Assembly: GCA_020536535.1 (NCBI GenBank)
Contig: JAHLWZ010000792.1
Span: 124,001-188,000 of the forward strand
Direction of reading: 5' to 3'
DNA from: Pelomyxa schiedti
Taxonomy: Eukaryota > Protista > Evosea
Length of the DNA stretch: 64,000 bases
Shown here: positions 26,801-40,207 of the stretch, one piece after another
How the letters are laid out: each line of letters begins with the position of its first letter
Position numbering within the stretch: position 1 is the first letter of the stretch
Program-made: the position numbers and the translations under genes
Notes under the pieces: model-generated
What the model saw: the letters and a program-made list of their open reading frames with translations, nothing else
Told to the model about the DNA's origin: nothing
The model's database searches: none

Positions 26801-29037
26801 CAAAATGTCAATGAGAGGGAAAAGTTTTGAAAAGGAGGAACAACCGTTTTTGGGTGTTTTCCAAGAGAGTTATTACATTGCTTTTCAAGACTATAATATG
26901 CCGTAGCTGCCCACCCACCACTAGCAATTTCAGCTTAAATTGTAAATGATCGGTTCAAATCGAGTGTATCTTACCCTTCAAAGCGTTGATAACATCAAAG
27001 GAGAGATAGACTCTAGGATGGACTGGTTTGAACACATTGAAAGTCGTGGAACTGGAAGCACTCTCTACTCCAACATTTGCTGTCACGGAAACAGACCACA
27101 GCCCAGGAGCATCAGTTTGTGCCAGAGTATAGCTGGGAAGTAAGTTAAAAATTCTGAGAGTAATAGAGTAGAGTATTACGCTTGAAGGTTGTAAAGACAA
27201 TAATTGGGAGTAGGCAAACAATCGGTATCCAGTTCGACAGGAATTGAAGCTCCGGAAGGTGGTATCAATGCAAGTTAAGTGATAAAGCAGGATGAATAAA
27301 TTTTTTATATATGTTGAACAGGATACAAGTACTGCATGAAGATTTGAAATGGGGGAACTTGAGGCAGTTAATACTCCAACGGCAAGTGGGTCCCCTATGA
27401 CAAAAGAATTCACTTCTAGTGAGGGCATGAATATTGTGAGCCCCTTGGACTGCGCTACACTTGACGGTGCCGACTCTACTCCGTGTCAGATTATCCTACT
27501 GGTAGTACAAACCAGAAAGAAAGTCAAAGGAATTTTTGGTGGTATCTCTATTTCCCGGCATCCACAGGTATCTATATTCAGAATAATCTTTACCAACTGG
27601 TCAATAGGAAAAGAGGAATGGGTGGAAGGATACTGGGAAGCCAGTCTTTGGTGCTATATCCATAGGAATCAAAAATGGATGATGAAGTTTGTGCAATTCG
27701 TATGACCTGGAAAACTTGAGAATAGAAGGAGATGAAAGTAACTCAACTCCAATATGATTTTTGTCAAACCACCCAAATCCATACTGATCCGAATTACGAT
27801 AGGCAATCAAGTACTTCATCTCGGTATCCCACACTTGTTCACTTGACAAATTTTTTGTTTGGGTAAAAAAAAAGAGGATAAGAGACCCACATGGATCGAT
27901 CGCCATAGGTGTCGCCATAGATTCGGTCAAATACAATTGCGGGAGTGAGAGAGCGTGAATGCCAAATATTGGAAGTGACAGTGAATCCATCTACAAGTTC
28001 AATCCAAAAACTGCAATCAATGTATTTATTTTGAGAGAACCTGTGGGAACGTCAGTGTGGATAGCCATTGAGAATAGACAACACTCTATACTGTTCCACA
28101 AGTTTTCCTGGGTACCCACCCCCAGGGCCAAATCTGAGTGTGACCTGGGAAAAAACGGGTCCGTTCACCACTTCAACCGCGGGATAAGAGCCAATAGACT
28201 CTGTCTTGGTCACAAATGTCCCATTCTTGTGCCCAAGCCCAATCTTTGGAAGATAAGGGAACTTCCAACTCGAAAAATGGCTATATACAGAAAAATACAT
28301 TCCGGAGACGATATTTCCAGCTGTAGAGTTGATGCCATTTCGGCCATTGAAGCAACGATAAAGTGAAATATCTTGAATGCAAGTGAATACGTTTTGTTTT
28401 AGAAGGGTGCGTAGCCAGTACATTCATTCTCAATCAAGAATCCTCCAGTGGAGCAAATTGCTGGGTTCAAAGTTGCCAAAGTGCCACCAGAACGAGGCAC
28501 CGTGAAAGACTTCTCACGTGATCTTTCCTTACCAGAAGCAGAGGCAGAGAAAGTAGCATCATCATAGTACACAAAAAACAACCTCGGAGTGGATGACCAC
28601 GACACTCCAGGCATAATCCATGCAATTTCATACACCAGTCCAGCATTTGTCACATTGGAAATCTTGCGGTACTGCGAAGTTATGGGAGCAGTGCCTATGA
28701 CGGCGCCAGTAGTCTGGTCTTGTTCCACGATTAAAATGGAGGAACCCACAGGCGCCGTTTTCGAGCCGACGGACCCGAAATCAATCAAAACAGTGGCCAC
28801 AGCGTCGGACTGCGAGATCTCAGTGGTGCCGTTCGCGTTGCACGTGGCGACGGCGATACGCCAAGATCCGCCCCCCGAGAACCACGGCAGAGCCAAAGTG
28901 TCGGGATCTACGGCCGGCGAGTAGTACTCGATGCTGTAGTTCGTCCTCGGGAAATCCGACGGCAAGTAGTTGCCGGTGCACATCCAAGATCCGCATGTTA
29001 CCATCACCAACGCCGCCACCAACGCCCTGCCCGTCAT
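23818..29037 (-). CDS. Large secreted, predicted GPI-anchored heparinase II/III-like lyase (copy B) with additional N-terminal beta-rich domains
   Basis: Signal peptide MTGRALVAALVMV; HPRVYL; DGGTHEGAAYWSYGL; FGD; GITISRTNW...LSFKS...GHEHPDANSWIL...LVVDHGY..KKETKTHNTLIFDGQG; FTRTL..ILLHDRV. Cys-rich segment and hydrophobic C-terminus. Confidence 0.82.
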
Positions 29038-29316
29038 CGCCAACCGGCACTTCGTATAAATCAGGAAACTGTTGATTTCTGAACCAAGTGGAAAGATGCT
29101 TCCCATCTCGTGCAGTGGCATTCTCTGAGTTGTACTCCCCAGAGAGTTTCCAGTGGCGCAGTGATTGGAAAAGAAAGGACCAGGCAGGTCTCATCTCGGT
29201 AGCATTCGAGATTCTTAAGAATATTTTCAAGGTTTGTTCACAGTCACTTGTTTTCTGGTAACTGTGCCACAGTGAAAGTCTTGAACACACATTTTTTTCT
29301 GGGACCGACGTTTGGT

Positions 29317-31230
29317 ATGGAGCGGGTGCCGTTGGACGTTGTTGGGAGGCTGTGCGTGGAACTGGCCGCAGCCGACGACGGCGTGAGCAGCTGGCGCATG
29401 CTCGTGGCGTGGCCCTGCCTGTGGCGGGCCACGCGAGGGGCGCCGGGGAGCAGCGGGGGGGGGGCGCCTGCGGCCTCCGCAGTCCCGCCCCCTGGCCTAC
29501 AGGCTCCAGGAGGAGGAGGAGGAGGAGGGGGGGCTGGGCCAGGGACCGCGAGGCCAGGCGCAGCCGAAGCGGACGCGGCGGTGTGGCTGCCGTTGTTTCT
29601 GGCCACTGGGGGCGATCTCTCGTGGTTCCCTCGGGGTGCGATGTTTGTTTGTCTGTATGGAGGCGGCGGGGGGTGGGGGCGGTATTGCTACTTTGGATCC
29701 ACGTTAACGAGGTGGGTTTTTATTTAAGGCACAGAGGAGAGCGGAGTCACGTGGAGGGAGAGGTTCCTTGAAAACATGAGGGGGCCACTGAGGAAAGCCA
29801 GGGAAGCCGCTAGGTCCATACTAGCGCGGCACCAGTGGTTTATGTCAACAAATTATGGGAACCCTGGCACCATTGGGGATAACGAAGTGGCTTCTTTGGC
29901 GCAACTAATGGATCTCCCACCAGTTCCGGAATTGGACCAACTGCACGCTCTGACAAAGGGCGCAATTTTTCTGCTAAAGAAAGAGCCGAACTTGATTACT
30001 CTGCAGTTCCCGGTGTGGTGATTCAGAAATCTATTTAACTAATTGGTCCACTTTGGTTGATAGTGAGGTTCTCTAACTTCGAAAAGATTGTGATTGTGGG
30101 GGATATCCACGGGCAGCTGGAAGACTTGCACCACGTTTTTAAGCTCTTGGGCTCTCCTCAGCAGCGTTCTTTCCTTTTCTTGGGTGACTATGTTGATAAA
30201 GGGTACTCTCTCGATTTCAAATAATTGTGTTGTACTCAATCTCCCATAAACAGGTATCATTCCCTTCAGTGTATTAGTCTTATATTTGCATTGAAAATCC
30301 TTTTCCCTTCTTCAGTTACTTTGCTCAGGTAGTTGGTATGGAACAGTACTCAAGTAACAAAATGAAATCACAGAGGAAACCACGAAACCCGGCAAATGAC
30401 ACAGGTCCATGGTTTATGTGATGAGTGTAAAACCGCTTACGAAGATATGACGTCCTGGGAATCGTCCTGGGAATGGCTGTGTGATGCATTTGAATGTCTT
30501 CCTTTAGTATGTACACCAGATCAAGCTTGCGATTCAACTTGAAGAGCTAGGCCGCCACTGTAGGTAACAAAGTATTTGCTGTCCACGGAGGCCCAAGCCC
30601 AGGTTAGCACTCCCATCACTTGAACGTCAATAAACTCCAGCCAGAGTTGACTGAGATAAGTGATATCCTAAAACTTGATAGATTCGTTGACATAACCACT
30701 GACGAAGGCATTGTAACTGTCCCTGTTTGTTTTCAAATTACCTGAAAATTACTTCAGATTACAGACTTGCTCTGGTCGGACCCTGACAGTGAAGCTGAAG
30801 ACTGGAGCCTATCCCCTCGAGGAGCTGGGCGTATGTGCATGTCTAATTTCTCAGTTTTGCAGTTATTCTAATACGTTTTTTTTTTTTTGCAGACCTTTTC
30901 GGGCACTGTGCAAGTGAATCGTTTCTTAATAGAAACAATCTGCAGTTCATTATAAGAAGCCACCAGCTTGTCATGGAAGGAATACACTGGGAATTTGACA
31001 ACCGTGTGTGCACAATATACAGCTGCAGCAATTACGCGTATCGCTGTGGCAACTCAGGTGCTGCTGTTGTGATTGAGGAATGCACAGGGCGCCACAGTGG
31101 AACGACTACTGTGGGTACAATGCGGAATGAGAAGATTCTAGCCGGCGGCACCATCCTTGTGAGGGAAATCGCGTGGCCGACCCTGCCACTGTATCCATAT
31201 CCAAGCCAGATGCACAAATACTTCATTTAG
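29317..31230 (+). CDS. PPP-family Ser/Thr phosphatase (PP2A/PP4/PP6-like) with an N-terminal F-box-like extension
   Basis: [55 protein letters not shown]-terminal KYFI. N-terminus [16 protein letters not shown]...W. Confidence 0.9.
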
Positions 31231-31419
31231 TTCCTATCAATCAAAAGTTATTTTTCACAACTTGCTTCTATGTTTGTTTTTGTTTTTCTCACACACACAT
31301 CCACTTGCCGTGTCAGGGAGTCTGGTCCAACCAATGTCAAGTGAGTACACAAAACGACTCAACAACATTGGAATAAGGCCGATTCCTGGAAAAGAACAAA
31401 CAGTTGAAACGTTGCGGAG

Positions 31420-34388
<2,969 letters not shown>

Positions 34389-34598
34389 ACCTGACAAAAA
34401 ACAACAAACGAATCTGCCACACGCCAGTCCATCTAGTCCTGTATTCTCCAGATATCAACAAGCACCAAACAAAGCTACACAAATTTGCTTTTCGGCGTAC
34501 TTCGATCACAACTCCATTTTTTTTCCTTTTTCACTTTGGGGAGGAGCGGAGTGGAAGCGAAAGGGGCGAAACAAAATAAAACAACAACGATTGCAACG

Positions 34599-35421
34599 AT
34601 GGCAGCTACGGCGACGGGGTTTTCTGTTGTCGATCGGTGCATGGCGTTGGTGACGCTGAGGGACATCTTGGGCCCGCATTTCACGACCCATAAGACTGTT
34701 TTGCTGCAGCAGGCCTTTAATGCCTCCGTGCCTCCTCTTTCTGCGGCTGCCATGTTGAGGCAGGTTGTTTGTTGTATTTTTTTTTTTTTTTTTTTTTTTT
34801 ATTGGTTTTTCTTTTGGTAAAAAAAAAAAAAAGCTGTTTGTTGTGTGTTGTGTTTTTAGAAGTGATGGTGGTTGGAATTTTGGATAGAACTTACGGGGAT
34901 TGCAGTTGTATGATATTAGGTTCTTGGATAATAATGACCTTTCCAACTGGACAACCTACTTGTTTGTGAAGGGTTGTGCACCGGCCCCTCCTGGCGGAAT
35001 AGACCCATCTCTGTTGGATAGATGCAGGTCTTTGGTGTATCTTCAGCCTGTTCTGGGTGCCTCCTTTACATCCCATAAGACAGCTCTACTCCAGGCCGCT
35101 TTTGCAGTTCAAATGGCGCCAACTCTTGCTGCCTCAGTTGTGAAGCAGGTCAGTGTTCAGTATAAAAAATAAAAAACCTTGAAATATTCAAATACTAGTA
35201 AGTAATATTCAACAACTTAACCTATTTGAATACCGACTAGTATTTCAATTACCTAACTTTCCTCAAAGCTCTTTGACCTCAAGCTTTTGGACCAAAATGA
35301 ACTTAACCAATGGACTGCTGCTGTACTTGTAGGGTCGCCTTTGCCTATTCACTCCCCACAACGCTTTGTATGTTTTCCTTTTCACATAACATTCCTCATT
35401 CTAAAATTTACCCACTAGTGA
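34599..35421 (+). CDS. Small hypothetical protein made of two tandem ~75-aa repeats
   Basis: Repeat 1 DRCMALVTLRDILGPHFTTHKTVLLQQAF...Q|LYDIRFLDNNDLSNWT; repeat 2 DRCRSLVYLQPVLGASFTSHKTALLQAAF...Q|LFDLKLLDQNELNQWT. Confidence 0.72.
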
Positions 35422-35578
35422 ACGTGTCTTTTTCTTGTGTCGAGAATAGTAAGTGTTAAAACACACCTTTTTCCACCTTTTTCTTTGGTTTTTTTCCCCT
35501 TTTGTATAGTGCTCCTTCCACCAGAAGGACACTTTTTTGGGGATTATTGTACAATTTTTTTAGAGTCCCAGTCCAGGA

Positions 35579-38462
35579 TCAAGAGGATACAAGTGGGTTC
35601 GTGAGAGGTATTTGCATTTCACTTTGTGAAATATTCCTTCTGGAGAACATAATTCCGGCTTTGAGTTTTTGAGCTCCGTCTTGTTGGTACTTTCTCTTAA
35701 GGTACCGCATGCTGAATACAGAGGCAGTTGCAATTCCGGCAATTAGAATGATCAGTACAATAGCAGCGGAAATGGTCACACCAACAACAATGGGTGTGTT
35801 GACTTTTTTGTGTGTTTATGTGAGTAGAAAGGAAGTGGAGGTAGGAAGGTACTTTCACAGGAGAGCGAACCACTTGGCTCTTGGAAGATGCCAACGCACT
35901 CACAATTCAAGCAGTTGCTCTGTGTTGAGTCACACTCCTCACCAAACTCTTTATCCAATTCGCCATTGTGACAAGCTATTGAAGAAAAGTTAGAATTGCA
36001 TCACATAAAGGTTGTGAACAGACGGAAGACTTTGTCTTGGCGAAAGAAGGCACCGGAAATCTTGAAAACATTTCCTTCAAATACTGACATTATTGCGGAG
36101 TCGTTCTTATCCAGCTGGTTAACTATCAGCATGGTATTAATTTAACTATACAGTCCATACGTCGACTGGGTAGTCGGGCATAAGAGCTATTATTTCCCCG
36201 GAGGCCACTGCTTCAAGGGCAGCCGACTTGGAGGGATAAACAGTCATATGGAAGTTTTCAATCCCAAGGGTCAACAGCTCCTCGGCGAAAAGCTGGGCTG
36301 TACCTTGAGGTCTCGCCCCAACCTAAGTAGGTTACTTAATTTCATTGCCAGTTTTGAATTCGAACCGGACCTCCCAAGTCGTGGTTGTGTTCCTCTTCAA
36401 TAGGTCAACCAACCCAGGAAGCGATTTGATACTGTACGATGAAAGCATGACAATTTTAAGAGGTGCACCATATGCAGCACAAGAAGAGAGATACTCTGTA
36501 GGTATTAGCCATTTTGAAAAGTAAAAAGCAAGTACCTAACTTCCGACGTTTATTTGCCTTTGTTATACCTCCAAGACTGAAGTATAGATTTGTACCTTTT
36601 AATAGTCAATGAATTGTTTTTCTTTTTCGGGAATCACAATGAATGTCTCCAGCGTCAAGATGATCAAATATGGCATCAGAATTGGGGTACACCACATAGC
36701 TTATATTTATGGGACTCCCATAACGAAGTGAAATCCTGAAAAACTTGAGTATTGTCGTTCGCAGTTCGCTCTCTTAGTTTACCACGATGCAACTTGTTGC
36801 TCAAGGGTTACTAGTATTCCCGTGGCCTCCCCTTGTGGTGTCACTTTCACAAACGGAAGTGCTTCTACAGGGAAAACTCCAATTTTCAGTTGACGTTTGT
36901 CAAGTACATTAAAAAACGTTCCCACTATGGTTACATTAGTGTCGAGGTAGTAGTTTAAAAAAAAATCACCAGGGGTTTTTGGGTACTCTGCCTTTGTCTC
37001 GTCCAAAGTGCAATCCTCAAAACATGTTAGAATTTCCCCTTTGGGAAGAACTTACTGTTACAAAGTATGAAGGGACTTTGAAGTAGGAAAATAGTTCTTC
37101 ATAGAATCCAGAGGAAATCATATTAGTAAAGGCCAAATCATAGGCAGCAAGTAGTTGCCCGTTTCCAGTCTCCCACCATTCCGTCATATCATTTCGGTTT
37201 ATCTGAGTCGGTTTATAAAAATTAAAAAAATTAAAAAGAAATCAGGTACTTTATTCTCTTCGGGTATCTCCTTCCGAAAAATGACAGACAGGGGTGATAC
37301 AATTTGCGTAAAAAAGGTTGTTACATTTGCTCCCAAGGTGACAACATCCTTAGTGGTACATTGGAAAGAAATAGGCAAACTAGGAACTTACTGAAGTTAT
37401 TCTAACAGCTAAAACTGCTGTATTAAACAAGAGTTCTTGCAAACACTCATTTGCACTTTCTTTGAGCTTTATGTCAACGCCAAAGAATAAATACTGCAGG
37501 GTTTCTATGTCTGATTCCACCCATGTGCATAGCTTTTTTCCGTTAGATTTCGTTTTTTAATTCCTTAGAAGTGTATCCCACTGTCCAGTGCCATTCACAA
37601 CAAATGCAATTTGTTTAAGGGTACATACATAAACCTTCTCAGAAATGAAGATATGGCTTCGCACTGAAGCCCGAAGAGCTGATACATTGTGGATGTCAGA
37701 TGAGTTCCTTGAAGCCATAAGCACATTCCAACCAATCACCGAACAAGACGGTCTCCACAGTGTCAAATTTTGTGTGATACCTCCCACATTCACGTTTGTA
37801 TCGGTTGCTATCAGGCGCAGATGAAAAACAATTGAACCGCGTGGCTCTTAGAAACCTTCTATTTGCCTTGTATACAGTGCTTGCAGAACATGAGTTGTAG
37901 AGTTGAAGTCAATATACTGTACAGTCAATTCTGTCTGATAATGCAGAGCAACCCTGGTAGAGTTTCAATTTTTCTTTTTTGCTCTGTAATAAAGAGGGAT
38001 ACTGATTTGCCAGTGTCGAAAACGGCAAAACAACAGGTGGTACATGAGAACAATTGGGACAACGACCCACTCGGATAGTGTTGTTCACATAAAGAATATC
38101 ATTCATAAGGTCCGTGGTAATGTTTGGGTAGTTGATCGTTTCTTGTAGTGCCAAGCAATCCTACATGGAAAACCGAAAACCGCATAAAAAAAAAGACGCA
38201 ACAATGAAAGGAACAGGAAAAAATCGAATACTTTGATAGTTGTGTAGTCGTCAAGAGAGACATCAAAAACAGAAGACAACTTCAATTCCAACAGAGCCGC
38301 CTCGAACACCTTGAAAAAAAAAAGCTTTGAGTCCCAACAAACCCAAAAAAAAAAAGCTTCAATCAAAACCTGCGCCATTTGCTCGTCACCAACTTCACAA
38401 GTCACAACACCAGCGAGGCCCAAAACCACAACAACAAGAAACATCCACGATGACAACCCCAT
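35579..38462 (-). CDS. Single-pass membrane protein with periplasmic-binding-protein (type II, SBP_bac_3-like) ectodomains and a Cys-rich juxtamembrane repeat
   Basis: Signal peptide; QLKIGVFPVEALPFVKVTPQGEATGILVTLEQQVA; YPNSDAIFDHLDAGDI; YPSKSAALEAVASGEI; an earlier similar lobe (NTIRVG...VLQALYTRQI); CHNGELDKEFGEECD; TM ISAAIVLIILIAGIATASV; short basic tail. Confidence 0.68.
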
Positions 38463-38892
38463 GATGTCCCCACTTTTTAATTTTGTTGTTAATTTCCGCT
38501 TTTCGGGAACGGAACAACCACGATCTCGATGTTGGAAAAATCGGAAAAAACTTACCTTATGAACACGCCTGAGGTTTTCGTCGTTCGCGTTGTAATCTTG
38601 GTGCGTCCCAACGTTCACAAGGAGTGACTTCCACGGTAAATGGACAAAACTAGGCCTCGTTGTTGCTAAGGGAAATGCAAGTCGGCAATATGGGTCTGGT
38701 AAAATACTGTAATGTACTTTTGAGTACGTCACAGACAGTGCAAGGTTTTGTTGTTGTAACATCTTGATGGAAGCATCAGTGTGAAATGGTGTGGAGGTGC
38801 TAGTTATGATGCCACACTAGTGGAAACTATTCCCTCCACCCAAGCCCCATGCGAATTCATTCAGTGCTCAACAAGTACAAAAAGTATTCACA

Positions 38893-40059
38893 TTACTCCC
38901 AGTTAATATCAGCATCAGCCCTGTGAGGAAATAAATAAATTAAACTAAACTAAACTATGGGTATATACGTGGCGGTGGGATCAGGGACATCCAGGTTCGG
39001 GGGAGTTGGTGTTATTACTGGAGGGGATTGGGATTGTATTTGGTTAGGAACTTGTGAGGCTGGCCCAAGGCCAAAGGAACTCTCACTGGAAGGCAATAGT
39101 GAAGACCATGCAGGTTGTGATCCCGGAGAAGTGTATGTTGTGGTCTCGCCTGGTAATCTTATCTCTGGTTCGAGAGTTTCTTCATCAATCATTGAAAATG
39201 ATGATGTGAGAAGTGTAGGTGCCGGCGTTGGTGAAATATTTGTGTCAGTAATGTGAGGAGATGTGATGGCAGGAGTTGTGATGCTGGGTTGTGGTGTTTT
39301 TGAGATATCTGCTGTTGACACTCCACTTCCGAAGTGTGAATGATGGAGGAGGCCTGCCTTGATAATATCAGGTTGGGGGCATACTTGAAGTGGAACGTGG
39401 TCAAAGGGTAAAGCCTCATGTGTCTTCCACGCAACATTGACTGCATATTCAACAAGTACTTGAGGGTCAACTTTGTCTGAAAATGGTTAACCAAGAACGC
39501 AAGCCCCGTAAATCCAACTTTTTTGAGCCAGATCGAAGGCATGAAGTTGTTTTTTAGCCTCGTCCAAAGCATTTGACATTTCCAAGTCAATTTCGTATAG
39601 GTGTTCAACCAAAACTCCTGGGAATAATTGCTTTGTATAAGTTAATAAGGAACAAGTTAACTGTGTGGAAGTCATTGCCACGAAATCGCAAATAACGAAG
39701 CAGGTACCGATGGCTTTGTTCTTTTCATCTATTTTGTCTTGGAGCACATCCAACTCTCTCTGAAAAGATTGCCGCTCACGCAGCTGCTTCAACAAAGAAT
39801 GCAACTTTCTGTCCTGTTCAATGACGAGCTGCATAACCGAGTCCGGAGTGTCGCCAGCCACATTTCCTGAAAGCCCCAACTTTGCATGCTGCACAAAACG
39901 AGGGAAAAAACAAAAAAAAAAAGAAAGAAACTGTGGGCACCACACCAACATGAAAAAGAGGAAACAAACCTGCATATAACCGATCGTAAGCACTGAGTTC
40001 AGCAGTCTCTTGACGAGGAGCGTGTACTCATCGAGGCATTCGTGTACGGTCTTCTTCAT
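38893..40059 (-). CDS. MED4: Mediator subunit MED4-like protein
   Basis: Coiled coil QDRKLHSLLKQLRERQSFQRELDVLQDKIDEKNKAI..L, then VDPQVLVEYA and PQPDIIKAGLL, with a Pro/Ser/Thr-rich tail. Confidence 0.62.
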
Positions 40060-40207
40060 CGTGTCGGGAAAAAAATAGTGAGATCTCACTGGATCTCGGC
40101 TGCACCTTTTTAGCCGAACAGAAGAATTAATTGACAGGTGTCAGATGCCAACGCGAAAAAGAAAAAGTCTCGGCCGTACGAAGCAGAAAAACAAAAAAAA
40201 AAGAGAG

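Noticed and set aside
19728-29037. Bacterial contamination explaining the lyase genes
   Set aside because: Both genes carry many spliceosomal introns and flank a eukaryotic RPS23.
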